Shown here: one piece after another, positions 14,229-24,258 of the stretch
Position numbering within the stretch: the stretch's first letter is position 1
How the letters are laid out: every line of letters starts with the position of its first letter
The notes under the pieces: generated by a model
What the model saw: the letters and a program-made list of their open reading frames with translations, nothing else
Database searches by the model: none
Told to the model about the DNA's origin: nothing
Source of the DNA: Candidatus Agathobaculum merdavium
Lineage (GTDB): Bacteria > Bacillota > Clostridia > Oscillospirales > Butyricicoccaceae
DNA: 53,060 bases
Assembly: GCA_019115615.1 (NCBI GenBank)
Contig: DXDE01000199.1
Span: 1-53,060 of the forward strand
Direction: 5' to 3'
Made by a program: the position numbers and the translations under genes

Positions 14229-15590
14229 ATGAATGATACGATTGCCGCCATTTCTTCCGCCGGCGGGCCGATCGGTCTGATCCGGGTGTCCGGGCCGCGC
14301 GCGATTGAAGCCGTAGATGCGGTTTTTCGTGCGAAAAATGGCAAGCGGATGCTGGATGCCCCCGCGCAGAAGCTGGTTTACGGCACGCTGCAGGGTGAGA
14401 GCGGTAAGGTGGTCGACTGCTGCTATGCGGTCGCGTTCCACCCACCCCATACCTATACCGGCGAGCCGATGGCCGAGCTGCAGTGCCACGGTTCGACCGC
14501 GGTCTTGCAGCAGGGTCTGGACGCACTGTTCCGGCAGGGCGTGCGGCAGGCCGAGGCGGGTGAGTTCACCCGTCGGGCATTTCTCAACGGCAAGCTCGGC
14601 CTGAGTGAAGCCGAGGCCGTGCACGATCTGATTACCGCCCGTACAGCCGAGGCTGCGCAGAACGCTGCGGCGCAGGTCATGGGCGCGATCGGTTCGCCCG
14701 TGCATGAAATGCGCGAGGAGCTGATCGGCATGGTCGCGCACTTCCATGCGGTTGTCGATTTTCCGGACGAGGATATCGATCCTGTGCTGTTTGACGACGC
14801 AGCCGCGCTGCTGCACCGCACGACCAGCCGCCTGTACGCGATGGCTGAAAGCTACGAGCGCGGCCGCATCCTGCGCGAAGGCGTGCCCTGCGTCATCCTT
14901 GGACGGCCGAACGCGGGCAAGAGTACGCTGCTCAATGCGCTGCTTGGCCGCGAACGCGCGATCGTGACCGATATTCCGGGCACGACCCGCGACCTGATCG
15001 AGGAAAACGTCAAGGTCGGGCAGCTGCTGCTGCGCGTAACTGACACCGCGGGCCTGCGCGACACGACCGACCCGATCGAACAGGCGGGTATCGACCGTGC
15101 AATGGCCGAAGCGTCGGCCTCTGCGCTCATCCTTGCTGTGTTTGACGGCTCCAAGCCGCTTGGCGACGAGGACATGCTGGTGCTCGCCCGCGCGGCGGGG
15201 CATCGCGCGATCGCCGTGCTCAATAAGGTCGATCTGCCGCAGCAGCTGGATGAAAAGCTGCTCAAAAAGCATTTCCTGCATATTGTCCCCCTGTCCGCCA
15301 AGACCGGCGAGGGGATGGACAAACTGCTTTCGCTGATTCCGCGTACGGTTGGGCTGGGCGATGGCGCGTTTGACGGTGCGCTCATCACAAACGCCCGGCA
15401 GGCCGCTGCGCTTGCCCGCGCCGCCGAGCGGTGCGAGGCCGCGCTGTATGCGGCGCAGTCCGGCATGACGCCGGATGCGGTCGTCATGGATGCCGAGGGC
15501 GCGATCGCCGCGCTTGGCGAGATCACGGGCGAAACCGTGACCGAAGCGGTCGTCACCCGCATTTTCAGCGATTTCTGCGTCGGCAAGTAA
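14229..15590 (+). CDS. mnmE: tRNA modification GTPase MnmE
   Basis: DTIAAIS, GEFTRRAFLNGK, GRPNAGKS, GTTRD, C-terminal FCVGK. Confidence 0.97.
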   Translation: MNDTIAAISSAGGPIGLIRVSGPRAIEAVDAVFRAKNGKRMLDAPAQKLVYGTLQGESGKVVDCCYAVAFHPPHTYTGEPMAELQCHGSTAVLQQGLDALFRQGVRQAEAGEFTRRAFLNGKLGLSEAEAVHDLITARTAEAAQNAAAQVMGAIGSPVHEMREELIGMVAHFHAVVDFPDEDIDPVLFDDAAALLHRTTSRLYAMAESYERGRILREGVPCVILGRPNAGKSTLLNALLGRERAIVTDIPGTTRDLIEENVKVGQLLLRVTDTAGLRDTTDPIEQAGIDRAMAEASASALILAVFDGSKPLGDEDMLVLARAAGHRAIAVLNKVDLPQQLDEKLLKKHFLHIVPLSAKTGEGMDKLLSLIPRTVGLGDGAFDGALITNARQAAALARAAERCEAALYAAQSGMTPDAVVMDAEGAIAALGEITGETVTEAVVTRIFSDFCVGK

Positions 15591-15608
15591 ATTTGACCGA
15601 ACGATGCC

Positions 15609-15641
15609 AAAGGGCCGCCTGCCGCGCGCAGCGGCCCTTTT
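15609..15641 (+). terminator. terminator-like hairpin after mnmE
   Basis: AAAGGGCCGC...GCGGCCCTTTT. Confidence 0.65.
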
Positions 15642-15724
15642 CCATGGGATTAGTTATATACTAATTGTAATATTACTGGTTTATATTTTTATATGGTAAT
15701 CAATCTTTTGCGCAAAAGTGCAAG

Positions 15725-15765
15725 TTATCCAAAGTTTACACAGAGTTATCAACAGGTGTGCACAA
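15725..15765. promoter_or_regulatory. DnaA-box cluster upstream of mnmG
   Basis: TTATCCAAA 15725, GTTTACACA 15734, TTATCAACA 15746, TGTGCACAA 15757; all near-matches to TTWTNCACA. Confidence 0.6.
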
Positions 15766-15829
15766 AGGGAAGCGTGTCAAGTCCTTTGTATAAATTAGCA
15801 AGAGCATTTTCCGAAGGGAGGGCGGAGCC

Positions 15830-17716
15830 ATGAGGGGTTTTGCAGCCGAAAGCTATGATATTGCAGTAGTAGGTGCGGGTCACGCGGGCATTGAAGCCGC
15901 GCTGGCTGCCGCGCGGCTCGGGATGAAAACCGCCTGTTTTACAATCAATCTGGACGCGGTTGGCAATATGCCCTGCAACCCTGCGATCGGCGGCACGGCC
16001 AAGGGACACCTGGTGCGTGAGATCGACGCGCTGGGCGGCGAGATGGCGCGCGCGGCTGACGCGGCCTGCATCCAGTACCGTATGCTCAACCGCGGCAAAG
16101 GCCCGGCTGTGCATTCGCTGCGTGCGCAGGCCGACCGCGTCGCCTACCGCACCTATATGAAGCACGCGCTCGAACGGCAGGAAAACCTGTTTTTGAAACA
16201 GGATGAGATCGTCTCGGTCGAGACCGAAAACGGTGCGGTGTCCGCGGTCGTGACTGCGATCGGCGTGCGCCATTCGGTCAAGGCAGTCATCATTGCGTCG
16301 GGCACCTTCCTCGGCGGACGCATCATCATCGGCGACTATGCCTGCGAAAGCGGGCCGGACGGCATGGCGGCGGCGAAGCCGCTGACCGATTCGCTGCGCG
16401 CGCTTGGTCTGCGCTTGCAGCGGTTCAAAACCGGCACGCCGCCGCGTATCCATCGCCGTTCGATCGACTTTGCCGGGATGGAGCTGCAGGAAGGCGAGGA
16501 CGAGATCATCCCGTTTTCGTTCGAGACCGAACGCCCGCCTGAAAACCGCGCGGTGTGCTATCTGACCTATACAACCGCCGAGACGCATGACCTTATCCGC
16601 GCGAATCTCGACCGTTCGCCGCTTTACGGCGGCAAGATCGACGGCATCGGCCCGCGCTACTGTCCGTCAATCGAGGATAAGGTCGTACGTTTTGCCGACA
16701 AGCCGCGCCATCAGCTGTTCCTCGAACCGATGGGGCTGGACACCGAGGAAATGTATGTGCAAGGCTTTTCGTCATCCATGCCGTTTGACGTGCAGCGCGA
16801 TATGCTGCACACGGTCAAGGGTTTGGAGCATGCCGAGATCATGCGCCCAGCCTACGCGATCGAATATGACTGCGTCGACCCTCTGGAGCTGAAGCCGACG
16901 CTCGAAACCAAAAAGGTTAAGGGCTTGTACGGCGCGGGACAGTTCTGCGGCTCGTCCGGCTATGAGGAGGCCGCGGCCCAAGGACTTGTCGCGGGTGTCA
17001 ACGCGGCGCTCGCGCTGAAGGGGGAAGACCCACTCATCCTTGACCGTGCGGACGGCTACATCGGCACGCTGATCGACGATCTGGTGACGCGCGGCACGAA
17101 TGAGCCGTACCGCATGATGACCTCGCGCTCGGAGTACCGCCTGCTGCTGCGGCAGGACAACGCGGATGAACGTCTTGTGCCGATCGGCGTACGCATTGGG
17201 CTGAACCCGCCCGCGCGCGGCGAAAAGGTGCGCCATAAGTACGAGCAGGTGCAGCAGGAGATCGATCGCGTCGCGGCGGTTGGCGTTGCGCCGAGTGACG
17301 CGCTGAACGGCTTCCTTGCGGGCAAGAACAGCTCGCCGGTCAAGGCGGGCTGCAAGCTGATCGACCTGCTGCGCCGTCCGGAACTCAGCTATGCAGATCT
17401 CGCGCGTTTCGACCCCGACCGTCCGGCGCTGCCCGCGGTCATCCGCGAGCAGGTCGAGATCCGTGTCAAGTACGCGGGCTATATCGACCGCCAGCAGCGC
17501 GACGTCGAGCAGTACCGTAAATTGCAGTCGCGGCCGCTGCCCGCCGACCTTGACTATGAGCAGGTCGATTCGCTGCGGCTGGAAGCGCGGCAAAAGCTGA
17601 ATCAGGTCAAGCCCCTGAACTTCGGACAGGCTGCGCGCATTTCGGGCGTGTCGCCCGCCGATATTACCGCGCTGATGATCTTTATCGAAACCCGTTGGAA
17701 GGAGGGGAAGGCATGA
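15830..17716 (+). CDS. mnmG: tRNA uridine-5-carboxymethylaminomethyl modification enzyme MnmG (GidA)
   Basis: [51 protein letters not shown]. Confidence 0.98.
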   Translation: MRGFAAESYDIAVVGAGHAGIEAALAAARLGMKTACFTINLDAVGNMPCNPAIGGTAKGHLVREIDALGGEMARAADAACIQYRMLNRGKGPAVHSLRAQADRVAYRTYMKHALERQENLFLKQDEIVSVETENGAVSAVVTAIGVRHSVKAVIIASGTFLGGRIIIGDYACESGPDGMAAAKPLTDSLRALGLRLQRFKTGTPPRIHRRSIDFAGMELQEGEDEIIPFSFETERPPENRAVCYLTYTTAETHDLIRANLDRSPLYGGKIDGIGPRYCPSIEDKVVRFADKPRHQLFLEPMGLDTEEMYVQGFSSSMPFDVQRDMLHTVKGLEHAEIMRPAYAIEYDCVDPLELKPTLETKKVKGLYGAGQFCGSSGYEEAAAQGLVAGVNAALALKGEDPLILDRADGYIGTLIDDLVTRGTNEPYRMMTSRSEYRLLLRQDNADERLVPIGVRIGLNPPARGEKVRHKYEQVQQEIDRVAAVGVAPSDALNGFLAGKNSSPVKAGCKLIDLLRRPELSYADLARFDPDRPALPAVIREQVEIRVKYAGYIDRQQRDVEQYRKLQSRPLPADLDYEQVDSLRLEARQKLNQVKPLNFGQAARISGVSPADITALMIFIETRWKEGKA

Positions 17717-18417
17717 CCGCGTATCAACTGTTGGTATCCGGGTTGGAACAACTCGATTTGCCGGTCGATCCACAGGCTGTGGACAAATTGCTGCGCTTTT
17801 CCGACTATCTGCTGGAAAAGAACAAGGTGATGAACCTGACCGCGGTCACTGACCCGCAGGAGGTCGTCACGCGGCATTTCCTCGACTGCGCGGCGCTCGT
17901 CCCTTATATAAAGGAAGGGCAGACTGTGCTGGATGTCGGTACGGGCGCGGGCTTCCCCGGCATGCCGCTTGCCATCCTTTGTCCGGGTGCGCAGTTCACG
18001 CTGCTGGACGCGCAGAGCAAGCGCATTGACTTCCTTACCGAGGTTGCGGCGATGCTGGGGCTGGCAAACGTCACACCGGTGCACGCGCGCGCTGAGGAGT
18101 TTGCTGCCGCGCACCGTGCGTCGTTCGACCTTGCAACCTCGCGTGCGGTTGCGGAGCTGCGCGTGCTGTGCGAGCTGGCGCTGCCTATGGTCAAAAAGGG
18201 CGGCGCGTTCTATGCCATGAAAGCAGCTGACTGTGAGGACGAAGTCGGTTCGGCATCGCAGGCGTTTGCCATTCTCGGCGCGCCGGCAGCCGAGCTGCTA
18301 CGGTACACCGTGCCGCACGACGGGGTCGAGCGTGTGCTGGTGCGCCTGCAAAAGACGGCGGATACGCCGGACAAATATCCGCGCCGGTTTAAGAAGATCC
18401 AGACAAATCCGCTGTAA
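17713..18417 (+). CDS. rsmG: 16S rRNA m7G527 methyltransferase RsmG (GidB)
   Basis: [27 protein letters not shown]; ATG overlaps the mnmG stop. Confidence 0.97.
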   Translation: MTAYQLLVSGLEQLDLPVDPQAVDKLLRFSDYLLEKNKVMNLTAVTDPQEVVTRHFLDCAALVPYIKEGQTVLDVGTGAGFPGMPLAILCPGAQFTLLDAQSKRIDFLTEVAAMLGLANVTPVHARAEEFAAAHRASFDLATSRAVAELRVLCELALPMVKKGGAFYAMKAADCEDEVGSASQAFAILGAPAAELLRYTVPHDGVERVLVRLQKTADTPDKYPRRFKKIQTNPL

Positions 18418-18430
18418 TTACAAATTGTTT

Positions 18431-18465
18431 ACCCTCCGTATGAAAATTACGGAGGGTTATTTTTT
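18431..18465 (+). terminator. terminator after rsmG
   Basis: ACCCTCCGTA-loop-TACGGAGGGT plus T tract. Confidence 0.75.
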
Positions 18466-18639
18466 GTCCGAAAATGCGTGGAAATGTGTGATCTCTGGAA
18501 AGAAATGACAAATACTTGTCGAAACAGGCAGGTTTTGCGGTCGATTTTGCTTGCCAAAATGTAATAATATGGTAATCTATTACCGAAGGACGAACCGACA
18601 CGGTGTTCCGGCGGTTTGACAGCACAAGGAGGAGATGAC

Positions 18640-19461
18640 ATGATGTCGGTTTTGACGTTGGTAACAGGCAAAGAGGACAGGACATTGCGGCGCGTACGGG
18701 TGAGTGATATTGTGCGCAATCCCAATCAGCCGCGCAAGTATTTCGATCCGGAGGCGATCGCGCAGCTGGCGGAGAGCATCCGGCAGTATGGTGTGCTCAA
18801 CCCCTTGACCGTACGCCGTGCGCCGGGCGGCGGCTATGAGCTGGTGGCAGGGGAGAGACGGCTGCGCGCGGCGCGCGTAGCGGGGTTGAATGATGTGCCC
18901 TGTCTGGTGATCGCGGCGGACAATCAGGATTCGTCCGCGATTGCGTTGGTGGAAAACCTGCAGCGCCGTGACTTAGATTTCTTTGAGGAAGCGGAGGGCT
19001 TCCGTCGGCTGATTGACCAGTATGGCTTGACACAGGAGGAAGCTGCGCGCAAGGTCGGCAAGACGCAGTCAGCGGTTGCCAACAAGCTGCGCCTGCTGCG
19101 TCTTAGCCCGCAGAACATGGAGCTGATTCGCAGCGCGAATTTGACCGAGCGCCATGCGCGCTGTCTGCTGCGGCTGGATGATGAAGCTGACCGCATCAAC
19201 GCAACGAATTACATCATTGAACATGACCTGAATGTCAGCCGTTCGGAGCAGTACATAGATGCGCTTTTGACGGAGAAGCAGACGCCGGTTGTGGGTGAGC
19301 GCAAAGTCGTGAGGCTAATCAAGGACGTGCGCTTTTTCCTGAACACGCTCAACCGGGCTGTCGGGGTCATGGTTGATGCGGGTATTGGTGCGACGGTAGA
19401 CCAGAGTGAGAGCGAGGACTGCCTGACGCTTACCATCCAAATCCCGCATGCCCGTGCGTGA
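18640..19461 (+). CDS. ParB-family protein at the Noc position (nucleoid-occlusion-like paralog)
   Basis: NPNQPRK, AGERRLRA, ENLQR, SAVANKLRLL; lies between rsmG and parA like noc/yyaA; AGGAGG RBS. Confidence 0.88.
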   Translation: MMSVLTLVTGKEDRTLRRVRVSDIVRNPNQPRKYFDPEAIAQLAESIRQYGVLNPLTVRRAPGGGYELVAGERRLRAARVAGLNDVPCLVIAADNQDSSAIALVENLQRRDLDFFEEAEGFRRLIDQYGLTQEEAARKVGKTQSAVANKLRLLRLSPQNMELIRSANLTERHARCLLRLDDEADRINATNYIIEHDLNVSRSEQYIDALLTEKQTPVVGERKVVRLIKDVRFFLNTLNRAVGVMVDAGIGATVDQSESEDCLTLTIQIPHARA

Positions 19462-19493
19462 TGGGGGAGAGTTGTTGACCCTCCTATGCCCTT

Positions 19494-19509
19494 TGTTTCA
19501 CGTGAAACA
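19494..19509. promoter_or_regulatory. parS centromere site
   Basis: Perfect palindrome TGTTTCACGTGAAACA. Confidence 0.95.
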
Positions 19510-19549
19510 TTTTCCTCTTTGAGAGTCGCCTTTATGGCGGCTCTTTTAT

Positions 19550-19565
19550 TGTTTCACGTGAAACA
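19550..19565. promoter_or_regulatory. parS centromere site
   Basis: Second perfect TGTTTCACGTGAAACA. Confidence 0.95.
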
Positions 19566-19590
19566 TTAGTGAAAATTTCGCGGATATTCT

Positions 19591-19618
19591 TTGCAATCAC
19601 ACACAGGTGTGCTATAAT
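19591..19618 (+). promoter_or_regulatory. parAB promoter
   Basis: TTGCAA, 16 bp, TATAAT with TG extension. Confidence 0.7.
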
Positions 19619-19659
19619 GAAACCCGTAGGAAAATCCAAAAGATAAGAGGGAAACCGTT

Positions 19660-20436
19660 ATGGGTAAAATCATTGCATTCGCCAATCAAAAGGGCGGCGT
19701 AGGCAAGACCACCACGGCGATCAATCTGGCGGCGGCGCTCTATGAGCGCGGTAAGCGGATGCTGCTGTGCGACTTCGATCCGCAGGGCAACGCAACCTCC
19801 GGTTTTGGCGTTGACCCACGCACGCTGCAAATCTCGATCTACGATCTGATCGTGGCGGAGGAACCGGATGTCAAAAGCGCGATCGTCTCGACCAAGTGGG
19901 TCGATCTGATCGGTGCGAACGTCAATCTGGCGGGCGCAGAGCTTGACCTGATCGCGATGGAAGGCCGTGAGAACCGGCTGAAAAGCGTGCTTGACCGCGT
20001 GCGCGACGATTACGACTATATCTTTATCGACTGTCCGCCGTCGCTCGGCCTGCTGACGCTTAACTGTCTGTGCGCAGCTGACAGCTTCCTTGTGCCGCTG
20101 CAGTGCGAATACTATGCGCTGGAAGGCCTGAGCCAGCTGATGACAACCGTCCGCATGGTGAAGAAGTCGATGAATCCGTCGCTTACGCTTGAAGGCGTAC
20201 TGCTGACGATGTTTGACGGCCGCACGAACCTGTCCATTCAGGTGGTTGAGGAAGTCAAAAAGCACTTCCCGGGCGAGGTGTTTTCGTCCGTTGTGCCGCG
20301 CAATGTGCGCCTGAGTGAAGCGCCCAGCCACGGTAAACCGATCACGGATTATGACCGTATGTGCCGCGGCGCAGAGGCATATCTTGCGCTGGCGGATGAA
20401 ATCCTGAAAAAATCAGAGAGGAAGGGGAGAAGCTGA
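19660..20436 (+). CDS. parA: ParA/Soj chromosome partitioning ATPase
   Basis: NQKGGVGKTT, DPQGNATSG, IDCPPSLG, RNVRLSEAPS. Confidence 0.97.
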   Translation: MGKIIAFANQKGGVGKTTTAINLAAALYERGKRMLLCDFDPQGNATSGFGVDPRTLQISIYDLIVAEEPDVKSAIVSTKWVDLIGANVNLAGAELDLIAMEGRENRLKSVLDRVRDDYDYIFIDCPPSLGLLTLNCLCAADSFLVPLQCEYYALEGLSQLMTTVRMVKKSMNPSLTLEGVLLTMFDGRTNLSIQVVEEVKKHFPGEVFSSVVPRNVRLSEAPSHGKPITDYDRMCRGAEAYLALADEILKKSERKGRS

Positions 20437-20438
20437 GC

Positions 20439-21311
20439 ATGGCAACAGCAAAAAAGGGGCTGGGCGGCGGCTTGTCCAACCTGTTCGGGACGGATACATC
20501 CGATCTGAGCAGCACAGGCGCAGCCGACAGTGTCTCGCAGCTGACCCTGTCCAAAATCGAACCCAATCCAAACCAGCCGCGTAAAAAGTTCGATCAGCAA
20601 GCGCTGGAGGAACTGGCCGAAAGCATCCGTCTGCACGGCGTGATCACTCCGATCACGGTACGGCCGGGGGATAAGCCGGGCTATTATCAGATCATTGCAG
20701 GCGAGCGCCGGTGGCGTGCCGCACGGCTGGCTGGTTTGCAGGAAATCCCTGCAATGGTGCTGGAAGCGCACGAGAGCGAGGTTATGGAGCTGGCGCTGAT
20801 CGAAAACCTGCAGCGTCAGGACTTAAACCCGATCGAAGAGGCGGAAGGCTATGAGCTGCTGATGCAGCGTTTCGGACTGACGCAGGAGGAGGTCGCGCGG
20901 CGCGTGGTCAAATCCCGTCCGGCGGTGGCCAATGCCCTGCGTTTGCTTGCATTGCCTGACGAGGTGCGCACGATGGTCGCAGACGGCAAGCTGTCCGGCG
21001 GACATGCGCGTGCGGTGCTGTCTGTCAGCGAGGAGGATAAGCGCGTCGAAGCTGCCAAGCAGATGGTCGGTCTGAGCGTGCGGCAGGCGGAATCGCTTGC
21101 CAAGCGCCTGAATAAAAAGCCTGCACCCAAGCCGCAGCCAGAGGGATTCTCAGTCGACTATGTTGCTGAGGTGGAAAAGGAACTGGAAAGCGTGCTGGGA
21201 CGCAAGGTCAGCATTGAACAAGGCAAAAACAGCGGCACACTGTCGCTGGAATATTACGGCGCGGACGATCTCGAACGTCTGATCGAAGCGTTGCGCGGCC
21301 TGCGCGTATAA
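20439..21311 (+). CDS. parB: ParB/Spo0J partitioning protein
   Basis: KKGLGGGL N-terminal peptide, QPRK, AGERRWRA, KSRPAVANALRLL, GHAR. Confidence 0.96.
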   Translation: MATAKKGLGGGLSNLFGTDTSDLSSTGAADSVSQLTLSKIEPNPNQPRKKFDQQALEELAESIRLHGVITPITVRPGDKPGYYQIIAGERRWRAARLAGLQEIPAMVLEAHESEVMELALIENLQRQDLNPIEEAEGYELLMQRFGLTQEEVARRVVKSRPAVANALRLLALPDEVRTMVADGKLSGGHARAVLSVSEEDKRVEAAKQMVGLSVRQAESLAKRLNKKPAPKPQPEGFSVDYVAEVEKELESVLGRKVSIEQGKNSGTLSLEYYGADDLERLIEALRGLRV

Positions 21312-21323
21312 GGAGGAACGGCC

Positions 21324-21869
21324 ATGGACGAAAAGAAAAAGCCCGAACAGCCGAAGCCAGAGAAAAAGCTCAGCCGTACGACGCTGACGTTTTATATCGT
21401 CGGCCTGTTCTCGGTGGCGATTGCACTGATTCTGATCAGTTATGTCGCGCAGGCACGTGCTGACAAGCAGCTAGATTCGCTGAGCGACCAGCTGACCGAG
21501 CAGCAGACGGTCGCACAGGGGGCGACCCAGAAAATGGAAGATTTGCAGAAGCAGTTCGACGCGATTAACAGCGCGCTTGACGAAGTACGCACGTCCCTCG
21601 ATTGCGAACTGGCCGAAACCGATGTGGTATCGGCGGTCAAGCAGCGGATGGAAGAGCGCGAGGTATACGCGCTGCTCGCACAAATCAACGCACAGCTTCT
21701 GGCGGATAACCAAACAGAAGCAAAGCAGGCCTATCAGCAGCTGGTGGATCAGTACGGAGAAGACCGACTGCTTGGCAACACCGAGGATAGCTTTGATTCC
21801 GATATCAATAAGCTGTTTGAAGCGGTGCAAAAGCATTTTCCGGACAGCAGCTCGGAAACAGATGAGTAA
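21324..21869 (+). CDS. hypothetical single-pass membrane protein with a coiled-coil-like region
   Basis: AGGAGG RBS; basic N-terminus, one hydrophobic helix, then Q/E/L heptads. Confidence 0.8.
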   Translation: MDEKKKPEQPKPEKKLSRTTLTFYIVGLFSVAIALILISYVAQARADKQLDSLSDQLTEQQTVAQGATQKMEDLQKQFDAINSALDEVRTSLDCELAETDVVSAVKQRMEEREVYALLAQINAQLLADNQTEAKQAYQQLVDQYGEDRLLGNTEDSFDSDINKLFEAVQKHFPDSSSETDE

Positions 21870-21905
21870 ACCAAAGGATTTAAAATAAAAGGAGTTAGAA
21901 GAAAC

Positions 21906-23201
21906 ATGCTGGATATCAAATTTGTCCGACAGAACCCGGACGCAGTCAAGGAGAACATCAAAAAGAAGTTCCAGGACGAAAAGCTGCCGCTGGTAGACGA
22001 GGTCATCGAGTTTGACGCCAAGTTCCGTGCGGCCAAGACCCGCTGCGACGAACTGCGCGCCATGCGCAACAAGAAGTCAAAGGAGATCGGCGGCCTGATG
22101 GCCAAGGGTCAGAAGGATGAGGCCGAGAAGGTAAAGGCCGAGGTCAAGGCGATGGCCGACGAGATGGCCAAGCTCGAAGAGGATGAAAAGACCTTTGCCG
22201 AGGAAGTCAAGAACCGCATGATGGTCATTCCGAACATCATTGACCCGTCTGTGCCGATCGGCAAGGACGATTCCGAGAACGTCGAGATCGAGAAGTTCGG
22301 CGATCCGGTTGTGCCGGACTATGAGATCCCGTACCATGTCGACATCATGGAATCCTTTGACGGCATCGACCTCGATGCTGCGCGCCGCACCTCGGGCAAC
22401 GGCTTCTATTACCTCAAGGGCGATATCGCACGCCTGCACTCGTCCATCCTGTCCTACGCGCGCGACTTTATGATTGACCGCGGCTTCACTTACTATATCC
22501 CGCCGTTCATGATCCACGGCGATGTGGTTAAGGGCGTTATGTCCTTCAAGGAAATGGAGAACATGATGTACAAGATCGAGGGCGAGGATCTGTACCTGAT
22601 CGGTACCTCTGAGCACTCGATGATCGGCAAGTTCATCGACACCATCAACGACGAAGCTACCCTGCCGCAGACCCTGACCAGCTACTCGCCCTGCTTCCGT
22701 AAGGAAGTCGGTGCGCACGGCATCGAGGAGCGCGGCGTATACCGCATCCACCAGTTCGAGAAGCAGGAAATGGTCGTCGTCTGCAAGCCGGAAGAGTCCC
22801 CGATGTGGTACGACAAGCTCTGGCAGAACACGGTTGACTTCTTCCGTACGCTGGATATCCCGGTGCGCACGCTGGAGTGCTGCTCGGGCGACCTGGCTGA
22901 CCTGAAGGTCAAGTCCTGCGACGTTGAGGCATGGTCGCCGCGCCAGAAGAAGTACTTCGAGGTCGGTTCCTGCTCCAACCTCGGCGACGCACAGGCGCGC
23001 CGTCTGGGTATCCGCGTCCGTCCGAAGGACAGCAAGGAGCTGTACTTCGCGCACACGCTGAACAACACCGTTGTTGCGCCCCCGCGCATGCTGATCGCGT
23101 TCCTTGAGAACAACCTGCGCGCGGACGGTTCGGTCGCGATCCCGAAGCCGCTGCAGCCGTATATGGGTGGCATGACCGAGATCCGCAGAAAGGAAAAGTA
23201 A
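21906..23201 (+). CDS. serS: serine--tRNA ligase
   Basis: MLDIKFVR, LIGTSEH, CFRKE...GVYRIHQFEKQE, EVGSCSN, HTLNNT. Confidence 0.97.
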   Translation: MLDIKFVRQNPDAVKENIKKKFQDEKLPLVDEVIEFDAKFRAAKTRCDELRAMRNKKSKEIGGLMAKGQKDEAEKVKAEVKAMADEMAKLEEDEKTFAEEVKNRMMVIPNIIDPSVPIGKDDSENVEIEKFGDPVVPDYEIPYHVDIMESFDGIDLDAARRTSGNGFYYLKGDIARLHSSILSYARDFMIDRGFTYYIPPFMIHGDVVKGVMSFKEMENMMYKIEGEDLYLIGTSEHSMIGKFIDTINDEATLPQTLTSYSPCFRKEVGAHGIEERGVYRIHQFEKQEMVVVCKPEESPMWYDKLWQNTVDFFRTLDIPVRTLECCSGDLADLKVKSCDVEAWSPRQKKYFEVGSCSNLGDAQARRLGIRVRPKDSKELYFAHTLNNTVVAPPRMLIAFLENNLRADGSVAIPKPLQPYMGGMTEIRRKEK

Positions 23202-23205
23202 GAGT

Positions 23206-23598
23206 ATGGAAATTGGAATCAAAGGCGAGCAGAAGTTTGTCGTAACCGCGGATAAGCTGGCCAATCAGGTCGGCAGCGGTCTGGTGGCCGTGTACGCGAC
23301 CCCGATGATGATTGCGGCGATCGAGAACACCGCAGCGGGCAGCGTCGCGCCCTATCTGGAAGAGGGCAAGACCACCGTCGGCACGCTCGTGAATGTTAGC
23401 CATGTCGCCGCCACGCCCGAGGGCATGGAGGTGCGCGTCGAGACCGAGTTGGTGGAAATCGCGCCCAACGGCAAGATGCTGACCTTCAAGGTCGCGGCCT
23501 ACGACGAAGCCGGCCTTATCGGCGAGGGCACGCACCAGCGCGCCATCGTTGCCAAGGAACGCTTTGAAGCCAAGGCGCAGTCCAAGAAAAACGCATAA
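23206..23598 (+). CDS. hotdog-fold thioesterase (fluoroacetyl-CoA thioesterase-like)
   Basis: VGSG...VYATPMMI..IE, TVGT.VNVSHVAATP, GEGTHQR. Confidence 0.88.
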   Translation: MEIGIKGEQKFVVTADKLANQVGSGLVAVYATPMMIAAIENTAAGSVAPYLEEGKTTVGTLVNVSHVAATPEGMEVRVETELVEIAPNGKMLTFKVAAYDEAGLIGEGTHQRAIVAKERFEAKAQSKKNA

Positions 23599-23610
23599 CT
23601 GAAAACGGAT

Positions 23611-23636
23611 AAAAGGGCAGATATTTCTGCCCTTTT
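23611..23636 (+). terminator. intrinsic terminator
   Basis: AAAAGGGCAGA-TATT-TCTGCCCTTTT. Confidence 0.75.
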
Positions 23637-23656
23637 GCTGTATTAGGAGGATGGAT

Positions 23657-24250
23657 ATGTACCCGAATTTTGATAAGGAAACAACATTCTGGATCAATCA
23701 GCCGGAGGCATACGAATTTGACGCGGACGGTCTGCGCATGACGACCCAGCCGGGCACCGACCTGTGGCAGCGCACCTATTACGGGTTCCGCAACGACAAT
23801 GCACCCATGCTGCTCACCCGTACCGCGGAGCCGTACTTTTCTCTGACCGTGCGCACTGACTTTGACAGCAAGCGCCGCTTTGACCAGTGCGGCGTGATCG
23901 TGTATCAGGACAGCGATAACTGGCTCAAAGCATCGATCGAATACGAAAACGAACAGTTTCAGCGTCTGGGCAGCGTGGTCACCAACAATGGCTTTTCGGA
24001 TTGGGCGACCACGGACATCCCGGCCGCGCAGCGTTTTATGTATTACCGTCTGAGCCGCCGGGAAAGCGACTTCTGTGTCGAGTGCGCAGAGGACGGCGTG
24101 CATTTTCGTCAGATGCGCATTGCGCACCTGTTCGCCGGCGCGGGGGAAATCCAGATTGGTCTGTACGCATGCAGTCCGGAGCAGTCCTCCTTTGAAGCGC
24201 GGTTCTCCGATATATCGTTTGGGCCTTGCCAGTGGCAGGCGCACCAGTGA
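23657..24250 (+). CDS. DUF1349 family (concanavalin-like) protein
   Basis: TDLWQRTYYGFRNDNAP, FDQCG, WLKASIEY, SVVTNNGFSDW; AGGAGG spacing favours ATG 23657. Confidence 0.85.
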   Translation: MYPNFDKETTFWINQPEAYEFDADGLRMTTQPGTDLWQRTYYGFRNDNAPMLLTRTAEPYFSLTVRTDFDSKRRFDQCGVIVYQDSDNWLKASIEYENEQFQRLGSVVTNNGFSDWATTDIPAAQRFMYYRLSRRESDFCVECAEDGVHFRQMRIAHLFAGAGEIQIGLYACSPEQSSFEARFSDISFGPCQWQAHQ

Positions 24251-24258
24251 GCAATGCG

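Noticed and set aside
11987-14344. 785-aa minus-strand ORF opposite yidC-jag, and similar shadows opposite mnmG, serS, the kinase, recA and pepF
   Set aside because: Explained by codon bias of the real genes on the other strand.
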